Origin: Chrysomallon squamiferum
Lineage: Eukaryota > Animalia > Mollusca
Reading direction: 5' to 3'
Assembly: GCA_012295275.1 (NCBI GenBank)
Contig: CM022671.1
Coordinates: 5,828,001-5,892,000 of the forward strand
DNA: 64,000 nucleotides
Part shown: positions 40,230 through 55,439 of the stretch, piece after piece
How the letters are laid out: each line of letters opens with the position of its first letter
Position numbering within the stretch: position 1 is the first letter of the stretch
Position numbers and translations under genes: made by a program
The notes under the pieces: model-generated
Database searches by the model: none
The model's input: only the letters and a program-made list of their open reading frames with translations
What the model was told of the DNA's origin: nothing

Positions 40230-41747
40230 TTTTGTTTTTGTTGTTGTTATTATTCTGGATAATTCATAATTTTTTTTATTCACGTACTTACTTATTTCAA
40301 AGAAAAAACAGTATAAGCTATAAAAACAGCGAAATAAATATTATGAACGTGAACAGAATAAACTAATAAATAATAGTAAAAAAAGAACAGAAAAGAAAGA
40401 GAGAAAAGAAAAGGAAAAAGACAGTTATTTTTAATAGTATTTGATTAAAAGAATTTAAAAATAAAATAAATTTTAGAATGGATAAAAACCTTCGGCAAAA
40501 ATTATTGAGAAATATCTTCTTTTTCCCCCCTCCCTCTTTTTTTCAAAGTCATTTTTCTTTTCGTTAAAGTTTAAATGAACCTTGCCACTGGAAGAAGATA
40601 TGTGAAATTAGAAAATAAAGCTTCGTTCACACTAATCGATATATCAGAACGATACGAAATCGACTAAGACTCTTTTAATTCTGAATGTTGGCTTACACTT
40701 TCCTCTTCACACCCTCAGTGACGTGATATTTATTCTTTAAGCCAGAGCTGATGACGTCATAATAGTGTATGTAAAGGTTCATGGTATGTGATATCCCGTG
40801 CTGGGAAATGAACTAAAAAGGTTAATTGTTCTTAATTAATACAGAGGAAGTGTTCTGAATTTGATCTTTGAAATATCATAACAAAATCATTTTTAATATT
40901 CTCAAATGTTTTTCATTTACAGAAGCTGTGTATCAAAACAAAGCGTCACGTTTCTCTTGCACTGTGCCTGTAAATGATTTTTTGTTGTGAAGTGGTCGAT
41001 GTTTTCTTGGTTGTTCTGCAAACTGTTCACACTACATTCGTTTTTGTTATCAAGACCTATAAATCTTTATAAATCCTCAAATCCTATTTTTTATTTTTTT
41101 TGGTTTCATAAATCAAATAAATAATTTTAAATAAGGATTAAAAATAAATAAAGAATTAAAAATAAATAAAGAATTAATAATATAAAATAAAATGTAAAAT
41201 AAAATTTCAAATAAAATAAAATAAAATTAGACCAAATAAAATAAAATAATCTGAATCAAAAAAAAAAAAAAAAAAACAAAAAAAATAAAATAAAATAAAA
41301 TAAAATAAAATAAAGTAAAACAAAATTTAAATTAAAAATAAAGAAAATGAAATAAAATAAACTGAAAATATCATTAAGCAATAATCTTGTATTTAAAAAG
41401 ATACACCCCCCCCCATGCAGAAGAAATGGGAACATCATCGAAAAAACAAATTGCCAATTTGTATGGTTCGTACACCAGAAAATGATTTTTTGAACGATGC
41501 AACATTTAAATGCTTTCATCTTCTTGAGTTGACTGTTTCTAATTTTGTTCTTCGTACTGTTTGTGAATTGGTTATTACACTTTCTGTCCAATCTGGAAAT
41601 CGAAATTAGATATCAGTATGGAATTCATGCATGTAAACAATTTGAAATGAGCTAATTTTAACAAAATAAAAATATTTTTTTTTATAATCATTGTGTACCA
41701 GCTTTCTGTGATTGTGTTTTCCTTGTTAAATCTTTCCTGTTTAACAA

Positions 41748-41780
<33 letters not shown>

Positions 41781-42682
41781 AAATGTCATAAATGCTTAAC
41801 AAATGATGTATGGGATAGCAGTAGTAGTATCAATAGTTGCAGCAGTTGTAATAATTGTTGTGGTAGCAGTCGTTGTAATAGTAGTATTATAATGATAATG
41901 TCAATTATAACAGGAATAATAATTATAAACGATGATGATAATTCTAACAACAACAGCAGTAATCATAGTAGTAGTAGTAGTAGCTGTTGTCGTGTCTATA
42001 GTAGAGGGTATAGTAATTGCAATAATAATATCATAGTTGTTGTAGCAGTAGTAGTAATGTCGATGAGGAATGTTATGATCATAATTTTAACAATAACAAA
42101 ATAATAAATTAAAAAAAAATAAATAAATATATAATGAAAGAAATATCATTATCAGTATCAAAAAAAAAAAAAATAATAATAATAATAAATAAAAAAAAAA
42201 AAAAAAATAACAACTAAAAAACAATCATATACATTTATTTTTCAAAATAGGAAAATATCGACAGGGTTTCGAACCCACGAACTACTACTGTATTCTTTCA
42301 ATAGCATGCGCAAATACTTTGTTCCGTTTACAGCGGACAGATAATTTAATAAGAATTTCTGAGTCCATTGCTCGTTCGGCTGAAAACAACTTTCACACTG
42401 CAGGAAAATGTCATTATTTTCCCGTTAATGAAACACACTCAATAAGCAGTTTATTTAATTTCTGCTTTAGAAATTCACGCTTTGACAGCCTTCTGGGTAA
42501 TTATCCATCTCTATGTAAGCGTTGACCTGAAAGGGGAGGCAATTATGTTATTCCTAAGTCATATTATCTTTGTTATTATCATCCTAAATGAATTATCTTT
42601 TCAAACAAAATGGCGGAAAATGTTCAAAGCAAATATCTTTTGGTTCGAAGATAGATGAGTTTAAGTTGTTATTTTTTTATTC

Positions 42683-42725
<43 letters not shown>

Positions 42726-44859
42726 TAAAAATGAGGTTGTCAGAAAAAGTTAAAAGAAGATTTATCATGGGAAAATATTGTTGAAAATAGTTATTATATG
42801 ATTTATGTTATAATGAAGATTAATATATGTTTATTATCATTGTTATAACATTATTTTATTTATTTATTTACTGTTTTGGAGTTGTTTTTTTTCAATTATT
42901 ATTAAAAAAAAATTATGTATACTAAGATAAAACTTTACCGAGCGATAAATACAAGATAAATTCACGTGAACATTTTTAAAAAATGTCTTAATGCAATCTC
43001 TCTACCTAACATATTTGTTGTTGCTGTTGTAATAAAAAAAATCTTGCTGTCTAAAATGAATTTAGTGTTATATATATATTCATTTAAATAGAATAAAATT
43101 TTAAAAAAAAAAAAAATGTAATTACTTTCGTAAATCATGTAACTGAAAAAATGTAAACATCAATATATAGAAACATATCGCTTAATACGTAACAGATACA
43201 ATCAAGTCGACACGTAATGTAATTTACATGATATACTTATTGCTTAAATGATATGTTTCACTTATATTACTGTACGTATCACCGACATTAAAAAGATGTA
43301 TTGGTTTAGTACGTTTCAAAAATTCATGACCTTCGCTATCTTGTAACTGTTTATTTTGGCTTCATGCCATTATTATCAAAGCTTCATGCCTTGTAAATAC
43401 AACGAGACAGACGTATTTCGAGTTCAAACCGATATTTTAAGGTCTGGCTGCTTTGATTCTGGTTTATGTTGCACCATAATCAAATAAAACGACTCGGAAA
43501 AGTAACAGCTCTCCGAAAACTGCGAGTCTTTTTGAAAATTGTCTTCACTAGCCTCAGTTTCGTACAAACATGTCTGCCGCAGAATTGTCACATTTTCACC
43601 CCGGATTGTGTGCGTATCGGGTTCGTGTGATGCGCGCCATTTTTAATATCTCTGATGTAATCGTTCAGATTCTCATAGATCATCATGGAATCTATTTTAA
43701 TCTTGTTTTTGAAGCAGACGTCATTTCTTCGAGCAGACGGAATTATCTCTCTCGTTCGTATGTGTCTGTGTGAAGGTAATCACATTTCAACAGTTCACGA
43801 CCAAAGTCAATTTCATTTCTTTTAAAATATTTAACATGTAGCGCTAAAGATGTTGAGGAAAAGGTATCGACTGAGCTTCGTCGATTATTGGAAAATATTC
43901 CTTGATATGGATAATTCTGCACTTAATAACGTAAGACCGCTTTCCGTCAGATACCTTTTTTCAGCTGTAACGTTTATAAAAGAGTTCTGAACATCAAATG
44001 TAAATATTTAACACCTAAAAGAGATATTTCGACCAAATATAACTTTAAAACTTTAAAATTGATTTTGAACATCAAATGAAGACATTTAATTTCTTCAGAT
44101 AATCTTTTAAATCAAATTCTACTTAAAGACCATGATTATTCGTTCAAACGTGTATTTAAAAACATGATTAAACATTTTTATTTTGAGTACTGGCTGGAAC
44201 GAGAAAAAGCTGATATAAGCACATCGTGCAGTACTGATTATGTGATTATTATTTTTATTTTTAGCTGTTTACAGCCTTATATATATAACAAGAACATTTT
44301 TATTTGATATATATATTTATTTGTGTTTATATGTATGGGTACATTGGTGTGGTATTGAAAAAAAAAAAAATAAATAAAAAATAAAAAGCTACAGTAACAG
44401 TAACGATATAGGACGAAAATTTGTTTGTGTACAAAAATGTGATCCTGTTATAAGAGTTTAACTGAATTTTGATAAATTGTAGAACGTTCTTCAGATGTAA
44501 ATATTTTATTTCCTTAGTTAATAAGACCAGAGTATTTCTAAAAATCAGATTTCACTCTAACTACATTTAGCTCATTTATAAGTAAATATATGTGGACTGA
44601 AAATGTTTTTAAGAAGTACGGTAACATTAAATATAAATATTTTATCTGTCAACCCAGAGAGAAGCTTTTAAAACTCTGATTCCCGTGTAACCTAATTTAC
44701 GTAGGTCTGTAATTAATGGTTAAAAGCTTCTTAAAAAAAAGAAAGAAAAAGAAAAAGACTTTATAATCTTATTTAAATAATTTATTACTTTAGTTAATTT
44801 CATTTATATATTGTTTTTCATTCTTAATGTTTATTTATTTATTTTATTTTACATTTTTC

Positions 44860-44896
<37 letters not shown>

Positions 44897-45559
44897 CTGA
44901 GAAAATACCATTAATCATAGACTGTTTCGCCTCTTTAGCAAATCGATGCGGTGCAGTCTGAAGTTTTTGTCTTTTTCTTAACTTGACTTTACTCCTTTGA
45001 GATTATGACCATAAAAGGTAATGGTCTTAAATGGGTTAAAACGATGACCCAGGCACAGCCATTGTTTGTTTTTTTAGGGGGAAAACTGTAATAAATAAAG
45101 AAAGAAGGAAAGAAAAAGAAAGGAATTATAGATTGATATAGAAAACTTATTTCAGAAGATAAATATGCAGTCTCAATAATCCTTTAATAATGTTACCTTT
45201 GACCATAACATAAGATACTAGTCTAAAAAGAGGAGAAAATAAATAACAAAATACAAAAGAATGGAATAAAATAGAGAAAAAAAAAAAATAATTAATAATG
45301 AATAAATAAAATTAAATAAATAAATAATATAAATAAAATAAATAACAAAATAGAATAGAATGGAATTAAATAGAGAAAAAAAAGAAGTTAATAATGAGTA
45401 AATAAATTTAAATAAATAAATAATATAAATAAATGAATGAATAAAATAGAATAGAATAGAATAAAATTAAATGTGATAATTAATAATAGAATAAATAAAT
45501 TAAAACAAATAAAAAAAAAAAAAAAATGTACAAAAAAAAAAAAAAAATTTAAGGTTAAA

Positions 45560-45612
45560 GATTCGATCCCGGGTACTAAAGGTCTTGAAGCGCGTGCCCT
45601 ATCACTAAACTT
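45560..45612 (-). mobile_element. tRNA-derived SINE head remnant
   Basis: The minus strand reads tagtgatagggcacgcgcttcaagacctttagtacccgggatcgaatc, with A-box-like and B-box-like motifs at tRNA-like spacing but no complete cloverleaf. Confidence 0.4.
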
Positions 45613-48600
45613 CTTTGCGTGTTGTAAGTCACATTCATTACAAACTGTCGTCTGCAAACTCTGCCTTATCAGCCGACCACAGACAGGCTCGGTGTCTTGT
45701 TTTCTATCAGCAGACGATACTTCATAACCTTGAGAAACTGACTACCGACCTTTCATTAGATCGCTCTACTTCGTGACACAAAGATGAAAACGCTTTTAAA
45801 ATAGTTTATAGATTCATATTCTGCAAATTATATAAAGTATCTGACAGCAGTGACCTTGTTACACGTTCTGTCTCCTTTTATTGACGTCGTTCGGTTTCTA
45901 ATATACAAAAATTACCGCGCTGAGCTTGTTCGTATATTAAAATTGTGGTAGTTAATTTTGATATATGCTTGTAAAATCGTTTCGGAAATTGGACAGAGGA
46001 CACTAAACAATCCAGCTATTGTCGTTATTATTGCTTATATTGTATTAATTATTGTATTTTCGTCTCCTGACTTTGAAGTTCTGTTTAGAAATGTGATGTA
46101 TAAATTTTTGTTTATGAGTATTTTTCGTGTCTGAGTATTTTATTTATGAATATAGCCGGATTTGTGTAATAAAACACAAAAGTACAAATGTAGATACGTA
46201 CATATATATACATGCATATGTACATGTATACATACATAGATTTATACATACATTTGTATGCATATTTATATGCGTATACATACATACATACATACATTCA
46301 CATAAACAAATATACACACACACACACACACACACATACTCACACACACTAATAACCTGATGATCAATAAATGAGCTAAGCAGGCTTTATACAGACAGAT
46401 AATGTACAAGTATATAGTTATGTATAAGTAATAAATAAATCTATAGAGCTTTGACACTTCTTAATGCATCATTCTTTTTTCTTTTTTTCTTTATTTTTAT
46501 TTTTATTTTTTTTATTCACACCGTGTACACTGCAGACTGTGTGAACGTAACAGAACACAACAACAAGTGTGTTATAGACTTAAAACATTTACGTACACTA
46601 TTTTTATTTTTCCTCGATTCTTGTTCACCAGTTTTTGTTTGATGAAATATTCCGTCGCGTTGCTTCTATACAAGAACTCTCCGTCCTACTTCGGTTGTTC
46701 ACGTTAATCACTCGGCCCGCTTTGTGAAGAAAATAACCGGTTACGTTCACGCGATTCGCTTCTGAAAGCTGGTTCATGCTGGATACGTTTTATAGACTAA
46801 CATTGGCTTGTAAATCATGATAGATTTTTATTGAAATGAGTAGGGGCAAAAACAGAAAAGAGAGATGAAAAAGAAGAAGAAGAAAAAGAAAAAAGAAAAA
46901 AAAAAAAAAAGCTTTTACGTAAAGGTTAATAAAGGAATTCTTCGTCGTTAGGTTTAGATGTTTCCGCTTTTAAGCCGATCCGCAACAGTCATGGCGGAAG
47001 AAATGTTTAGATGAATAGTTAATGTTTGAATGTGTGTCGATTATTTTATTGTGTTTCTTTTCCTTTTGATGTCTGACTTCTAAACTTAAGCCAGTTTCTT
47101 TAAATTAAAGGACTTTTTTTTTTTTTTTTTTTCCTCTGATTTTTGGGGGGGGGGAGCTAGGAATAATAAATAAATAAAATAACAAAATGATATAAATTAT
47201 GTGTTTGTTGCGTAATATGTTCAGCCTGTAATAAATAAACAGATAAATAAATAAAAAGTTTAAATATATATATATATAAAGTTCAAATAAATAAATAAAT
47301 AAATATAAATAAATTAATAAGTGAAATTCGATATAAAATACTGAATACAAAAAAAAACAAACAAACAAACAAAAAAAAACCTAGAAAAACAAACAACAGA
47401 TATATCTAAAATGTATATAAGCACAAAATAATAATAATAATAATAAAAAAAATAATAATAATAATAATAATAATAATGGTGATAAAAAAAAAATGAGTAT
47501 GATGATGACAGTAATAATAATGAAACAAATGAAAATCATAATAATAATCATGGTAACAATGGTGATGATTTTAATAAATAAAACTGAATGAGTACTGACT
47601 GTACAAAAACACATCTTTCTTTGTACACCGACCGTACAATATACACTGACTGTACACTTAAATTTAAATATGTACTTAGCGCATAAGTTCAAACAGGTTA
47701 TTTGAAATTTTTTTTTTTTTTTGTTTTGTTATTGCAAACAAACTGTAAAAAGAATAAGTATATAGACTGTGGTTAAAAGTCGATGTCTGAGGGTTTGTAT
47801 TGAAAAAAGAATAAAAAAAGGAAAAATCTTTTATTTCTGCTTGAATACCTGTTTAAAAGAAAACTTGCGTCAAGCAGCGTGAGGCATATTACACACGTCT
47901 GGGTTATCACTTTTACAAAGTGCGTCTTGTTTTCTTTCCCTCAGTCTTCTCTTTCACTCGATGTTTTTCTTTTCTTTCTTACTCGCTGAACCGTAATAAA
48001 TAACTCAGACAGGTAAATTATATATATATATATTTTTTTTTTTTATTATTATTTTTTATTATAATTATAAAGAAGAATAAAAAAAAAAAAAAATATATTT
48101 GTCAGTCAAGTTATTATTGTAAATTAAAAAGAAAATGTTTTTTATTTGTTTGTTTTTTAATTATAATTATGAAGAATTAAAAAAAAATAAGAAAAATATA
48201 TTTGTCAGTCAAATTATTATTGTAAATTAAAAAGAAAGTGTTTTTTATTTGTTTTGTTTTTTCACCTAGTTGACAGAATAAAGAATATATCAAAATGATA
48301 CGTTTTTGTAAAGTTGTACAATCTTGTTTATTATCTTTTACTCTCTTTCTCTAGTTCTTTACATATTTTTATATATTTTTTTATATTTTTTTGGTTTCAT
48401 TGAGATATGGAGAAGTCAAAAGATTATTTTACGTACAAAATATCAGATAACTGTCAGTCAAATGTAAAATTACTGTCTAATTTGTTTTTTTCTTCATGTA
48501 GAATATTAAATTAATATTTCCATATCAATCCACCTTTTTTTTTTTTCTTGTTTTTATTTCATTTTCCTTTTTTAAAATTTGTTAGTGTCAATTTTTTCCT

Positions 48601-49529
48601 TTCTTCTTCTTTTAAAATCTTAAATTGAATACTTCAATATCAAGCTGGGATTTTTTAATCTTTTTATTTTTATTTTTATTTTTTTAATTTATTAACTGTT
48701 TTTTTATTTTTCTTCTTCTTCTTCTTCTTCAAGAACATTTAGTGACTGCCTCCAAATCAAGCCACATTTTCTCCGCACGGCAGACGTCTAGAAGCGAAAT
48801 CCCGCCAATTCTCGACTGACAGAAAGCTGGAAGGCAGTCGATGAACGCATTGCCCAATTTATCTGGCTGATCAGCCGAATTGCGTTCCGGTATTTTATCC
48901 GTGATATATTTTGTATAATATCTTAAGTTACGTTCCCGTTTCCCATGCGAAATAGACCATTCAAATACTTTTATAATAATTTCATTGTTCGTCTACGAGA
49001 GACGAATATAATAACCAGGAATCCGTTTCGGTGTTTCGCCTCGATTCAGTTTAATATGACATCATTATATTACTATTTCCAAGTCATTCTGTTATCGTGA
49101 CTTAGTTGTGTTCAGTGTTTGGAGAGGTTGTACTCTCGCGATAACTGTATTACGTTCCGGTGTGTTCGCCACGGATACTTTTATGACAACCGGCGATATT
49201 CGTGATAACTCGGCTCTTCTCGGTGGGACGTTGATTGAAACGTTGTGCAAGCGCTGGAAGAGTTTACGTACGTCTGTAATCAAAGTGTCGTTTCGTTAAA
49301 GGGTCTGCACGACTCGGATCTCTGACACTGATAACACACAAACTAATTTACACTTACAGCAGCGCTCAAGTGGCTCGAAAATGAATCTTTAAACAGAAAG
49401 AAATTGAAACACGGTCTTGACACGTGTTTGTATAGGTAAGTTACTTTTTCTTCTTCTTCTTCTTCTTCTTCTTTTTTTGTGAATTTTTTTACTTTTGTTG
49501 CGAACATATGTTCTTGTCTACATATCTAC

Positions 49530-49980
49530 TAACTTATTACCCACATACACATACATATATACTTACATACGCACATACAAACATGCATATACATATACAA
49601 ACATATAGAAACATACGAACATACATAGATACATACACTCCACACACACACACACATATATATACATATACATATATGGAATAAAAAGTTCATGCATTCA
49701 TACATAAATTTATACATGCATACATACATAGATACACACACACATACATACACACATTCATACATAAATTCACACACATACATACATATATACACACAAA
49801 CATACATACATGTATACATACATACATACATACACACACATACATATATACATACATACAAACATATATATATACACACACATATATACATACATACACA
49901 TACATACATACAAACATACACACATACATACATACGCACACACATACACACACACACACACACAAGAAGATACATATACC
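49530..49980. repeat. Imperfect (CA/TA/CATA)n simple-repeat tract
   Basis: Direct reading; it produces several artefactual ORFs. Confidence 0.95.
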
Positions 49981-52170
49981 CATTCACCTTCACAATTATA
50001 AATTACATAACAGATTCAATACACCTTTTTAGCGACTAGTTCACTGATCTGTTTATTTGTATATTTTCGACAATACGAAGTTTAACTATAAAAACATAAT
50101 TAGTTTAGAAACCTTCACAAAGACGTCACACAAACATTTACTGCGGTGAGCACGTTGAATACTCTGTTGTTTGTCTGAACCGAGCGCTGTCGTTGACGTT
50201 TTGCAACTTTAAACACCTGTAAACAGTCTCTCACTGTGTACTGTGTACGTAGACAGGTACAGTTGTAATACGCTAGTCAGATAAAATAGTTTAAGCTGAC
50301 AGTCATGGGTTCTGGAGTTTCTGTTTAACTCTGTGTTTCGTTACTGAGGACGGGATGTGAATTTGTGATGGTCCTGGGCGTTTTGTGTGTAACTATGTGT
50401 ATTCTACGTTGTTATAAATAGATGACAAAAACTGCAAATGTTACTGCTACTTCTACTACAACAACTACTCCTACTACTACTACTACTATTACTACAACCC
50501 TACTACTACTACTACGTCTACTCTGCTGCTGCTACTACTACTACAACAATACTACTACTCTACTACTATTACTACAACTCTACTAAAACTACTTCTACTA
50601 TTACTCTACTGCTACTACTACTGCTACAACTATACTACTACTCTACCTCTACTGCTACTACTCCTACTACAACTACAAGAACTCTGCTACTCTTCTGCTG
50701 CTACTACTACTACAATTCTACTACTTCTACTACCACTACTACCACTACTTCTACTATTGCTACCATTACTACTGATGCTATTACAACTGTTACTGTTGCC
50801 ACTTCTTCCACTATTGCTGCTGCTGCTACTATTAACATTATCATCATCATCATCATCATCATCACAACTGTTATTGCTTGCTTGCTATTGTTATTTTCCG
50901 TGAACGAAGCACAATCAACAGCACAAAGGTAGATTTCTGACAATGTTTAATACGCATTTTAAAGCACACCACAGCTTTTAATACATATTTCTATGTGGGT
51001 TTTTTTATCTCATCTATCACTTTTGATTGATGAGGTCATTAATCATTACATGCTTCGACAAATTTTACCGGCTGAACTAGCTTGTATGTTTTTTTTTTTC
51101 TTTATATTCCATTAAAAAAATATAAAAAATAAATATTTTTATATAAATAATTCCAAGTTGATCTATTCATGTCGGACACTGAAAGCTTCCCGTGTTAAAC
51201 TGATGTGTTTTTGATACCAGAAATTCGATTCCAGCGTCGCTGTTTGTAAACAGGTTTTGTTGCATGTTCAACAATCAATTCTCAGCATGGCAATTTGCTT
51301 CGCGTTAATCAAGTAACGATTAGACAGTGCATTAGTGAGTTTAATGATAGAGATAACTATGTCTTTATATATGTGTGTGTATGTGTGTGTGTGTTTGTAA
51401 TTGTGTATCTGTGTATGTATGTATGTATGTGTGTGTGTATATAAATATATATATATAACACATGTATATATATGTATATATGTATGTATGTATACATGCA
51501 TGCATGCATGTATGTATGTATATATATGTGTATGTATATATATATATGTGTGTGTGTGTATGTATATATATATATGTGTATATATATATATGTATATATA
51601 TAACATGTATGTATGTATGTAATTTAAAAAACATAATTGTACTTATAAATGTATGTATGCATGTGTATGTGTATATATGTATGTATGTATGTTCATGTAA
51701 TATATTATGCCTACATTAACATGTTGATCGTCTGAAGCAATAATTAAAAAGAATAATCAGTTTACATAATAACTAATAAATAGAAATCAAGTTTTTCCCA
51801 GACTGGTGATAATCCAGTGGTTAGATCGATCATTGGTTTGAAGTACTGAACGTCACTCGATCAAACCTTTGCTCTCAACTGAACAGTTGATAAAACAATT
51901 TGTTCAAGTCATTATATTATGTCATTTAATACAGACTGTGATTTGATTGTTCGACTATACGACAGTGTAAATTAAAAGACTGTAGTAAACAGAAGACAGA
52001 TAATTCTCGATTGTAGGCGTAAGCTGTTTTATCTGACTAGCATGTTAAAATTTTACCTGTCTAACTACAGGATATGGTGAGGTGTCACGTTTTAAAAAAA
52101 AAAAATAATTTGCCTTTGGAGTACTGATAGTGGATTTCACTTTCTTGTATCATTACATTAAAAATTGTGA

Positions 52171-52219
<49 letters not shown>

Positions 52220-52441
52220 CGTTAAGCAAATATTCTTTCTTTCTTTCTTTCATTCATTCATTTACTCATTCATTTATTCCTTCACTCAACCGTCATTTCT
52301 CATCACGAGATAAATATTTACGATGAGCTACATTTACATTTGTAGCCTTCGGAAATAATAGCAAATATCAACAGAAATCTACTCTTGGTTGTTTTTCATT
52401 TTTTTTTTTTTTTTTTTTTTTTTTAATTATTGTTGTTTTTA

Positions 52442-52511
<70 letters not shown>

Positions 52512-53870
52512 GTTATTATTATTATTATTTTAAGCTTTTGTAATAAATTGCTATAAACTAAATGACAATCCGTCGATACAAAACATCTACATACATTCAT
52601 GTTCATTATAATTATAGAGTAATTTTATCAGATTAAGCATTTATCGAAATCTGATGTCGATAACAATTAGATACTTGACTCTAACGTACGTTTTGACCTT
52701 TTGATTAATAAAAGAAAACAAAACGAGAGAGAGAGAAAAAAAAAGCAACTCTAAAATTAAAAACAAAATCTGACAAATAAATTCGATAACGCACAAACGT
52801 ATGGACATGGCGTGCCTTCCATTGGAAACTTGAGTAAACTGAGGAATTACAAATATTAGTGACACGGGAGAATTCTGTGTGTCACGGGCCAGGTGTTGTA
52901 TTACACAACTATATAGAGAACGATATTTGTCAGAAACATTCCCGCAGTAAAAAATACAACGAGACGTTCATTTGCCGCAGTCGTGCCTGTACAAATATAC
53001 AGTCACAAAAGACTGTTTTATGATGTACACACTGGAATGTGCAGTTTTCTTTTCAGTAAAATAAAAAGAATAAAAAATAAAAATTAAGAAAGAGCTATCT
53101 CTTACATCTCACGAATGTCAGCGTTACCGAGGCGGGTTTAAAGACTGACGTTAGGTTGTCTCTGTATTCAGAGTGAGGCTTCGTTTTGATGCGTTCTCGT
53201 TTGACGTGAACGGTTTGAATGATGTAAAGAGATATTATATCAGATTTCACAGAGCTCAGTGTTAAAGACTCTGAAAAAATAATCTGTTAATTCAGCATAA
53301 CCTAATTATAACTGTATTATTATTTTATTATATTTTTTTTTAAATCTGCCGTCTGCCAAAAAAATACTCCTTGATCTTTCCCTGGTTACAAACAAAACAA
53401 AATAAACTTAGCAAGATTTAGTAGTATATCTTCAAAACATTCGGAGAAATTTAACTGCAATATTTTTGCAAGATTTATGACTGAGGACTCTTTCTGTATC
53501 TATCGTAACAAAAAAAAAAAAAAAAATAAAAAACAACGTGAAGTCGAGCTTCTGACAGCAGACGATATAAATCTGACGGGGAATGGCTGGAATATTTTAC
53601 TCGCGTGATCCGCCAGAATCCAAATTCAATATCTTGTGTAACGCTTACGATCCGGGTTTTGTTATCCTCGCGTCTTCTGGTATCTGCCATAATATTTGTC
53701 ATTCTTGGCCTGTTCGATGAATCTGATTACAAAGTCAACAAATAAATAGAGATAGATATTTTTTATTTTTTTTCTCTCTGTGACCCAGGTCAAAACATCT
53801 GACCAAGGAATTCCCAGTTTTAACATATTCTGTAGACGCTGTGTGCACAGAAAATGATAAAAATTCTCAA

Positions 53871-53890
53871 GTGGCGCCCCCTAGCGGCAA
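53871..53890 (-). promoter_or_regulatory. CTCF-binding motif
   Basis: The minus strand reads ttgCCGCTAGGGGGCGCcac, a near-perfect match to the CTCF core CC(A/G)(C/G)(C/T)AG(A/G)GGGCGC, in a very AT-rich background. Confidence 0.65.
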
Positions 53891-54145
53891 GTCTAAAATG
53901 GTTGTTCGGTTCTGAGGGAATTTTTTTCTCAATTCTGGCAGCGTTTTGCTCAACTTGACCTTTTGTGACGCCAGCAGAGTTGTACATCTTTGTTGGCTTT
54001 AATAATCGAGGCTCGCTGCCATTGTTTGGAATAGTAGTGTCAATATCCGGTATCTTAAACATCTGTGTAAAACAAGACTACTAACACGTGGGTTGTTATT
54101 TTATAGCGTGTGTTTACTTACGTTTTTATAACTTTTGTTTACTTT

Positions 54146-54183
<38 letters not shown>

Positions 54184-55439
54184 CATTCTTTCCACAGTTA
54201 GAAAATATGTTGTGATGGATCTTTTAATAGAAAGAAAAAAATAAAGAAAAAAGTGATAGAAAGAAAGTTTCAAAGGACGAAAATGTTAGAAAAAACAAAG
54301 AAATGGAGGAAGGATGATAAAAGAAAACAAAGCAGTAGTTAAATAAACTTTAAAAAAATCAGTTTTGAGTTCTGTAATCAGAAACAAAGAAGAATAAATA
54401 GCAGAGATTAAAATAAATAAAGAAAGAAAGAAAAAAATAAAATAAAAATAAAAGAAGGACATTTTAAAAATCAGACGACGAACTCAGCTATAAAAAGTTT
54501 TCTGCTCCCACAACTTATATTCATGATCATAAAACTCTTATTTTATAATTTAATATTAAATAATTTTCAGATAAAAGAAACCTTGATGTAAATACAGCAT
54601 TTCAAAAATTAAAAATAAATAATCCCTTTTCATATTTTTTTTATTACAAAATTATTAACCGAAACACTGAAAATAAGTAGAATGATTTATCCCTTGACGA
54701 AAGATGCTCTAGGTGAACTCTCCGCCATTACTCTTTTGTATTGTGTAAATCCAACCTTTAATCAGTTTGAAAGCCGCGCACCGTTTCTTGCGTTCCCATC
54801 ATTACTGTAGGCACTAGTGTGTCCGACACGTTCTACTTGTTGAGGCAGACTTTCTCTGAACTTACCTAAATAAAAACAATGATTACTGTGAACTGATTAT
54901 TGAACAGAATCGACGTAAAAAACCGCAATTGATTCCGACGACCTTTCAGACAACGGAGGTTCTCCGCAGGAATTCGTTAAATTATTAACATTCTTCGTAC
55001 TATACTGACTCCGTTTTGTCGGCATTTAGCTTCTCTAAGTCTTCATTTCATTATTTCATTTATAAATATTAACGTACTGTCAGATTCAGTATGAAAGAAG
55101 TGATGGAGGGACTGTTCCAGTAATAAATGATTATGAAGTAAGTTAAAGGTGAAGATTAAACGGACTGTGATTAGCTTATTAATGTACTTTATTTTTATTT
55201 TTATTTTTGATTTCGATCTTATTTTCTGTTGCAGTGCATCGTTATTAACTAGGCTGAAGGTGAAAAAAATTGTGATATCTCTTATCAGGGAAGGGATCAG
55301 AAAATAATCCATTGATATCATATTTTTGATTTCGTTATTTTATCTCGAATAAATGGGCATTTTACATTTTCTGAACCCCGTCAATTTACTACTACTATAA
55401 ATTATAATTTAATGTAGGAATTGATGATACAGAAATGTC

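Noticed and set aside
42262-42280. GGTTCGAAACC B-box/T-arm on the minus strand, possible tRNA
   Set aside because: No acceptor, D or anticodon stems; at most a SINE remnant.
48059-48262. Two-copy ~100-bp tandem duplication
   Set aside because: AT-rich local duplication with no coding or structural signal.
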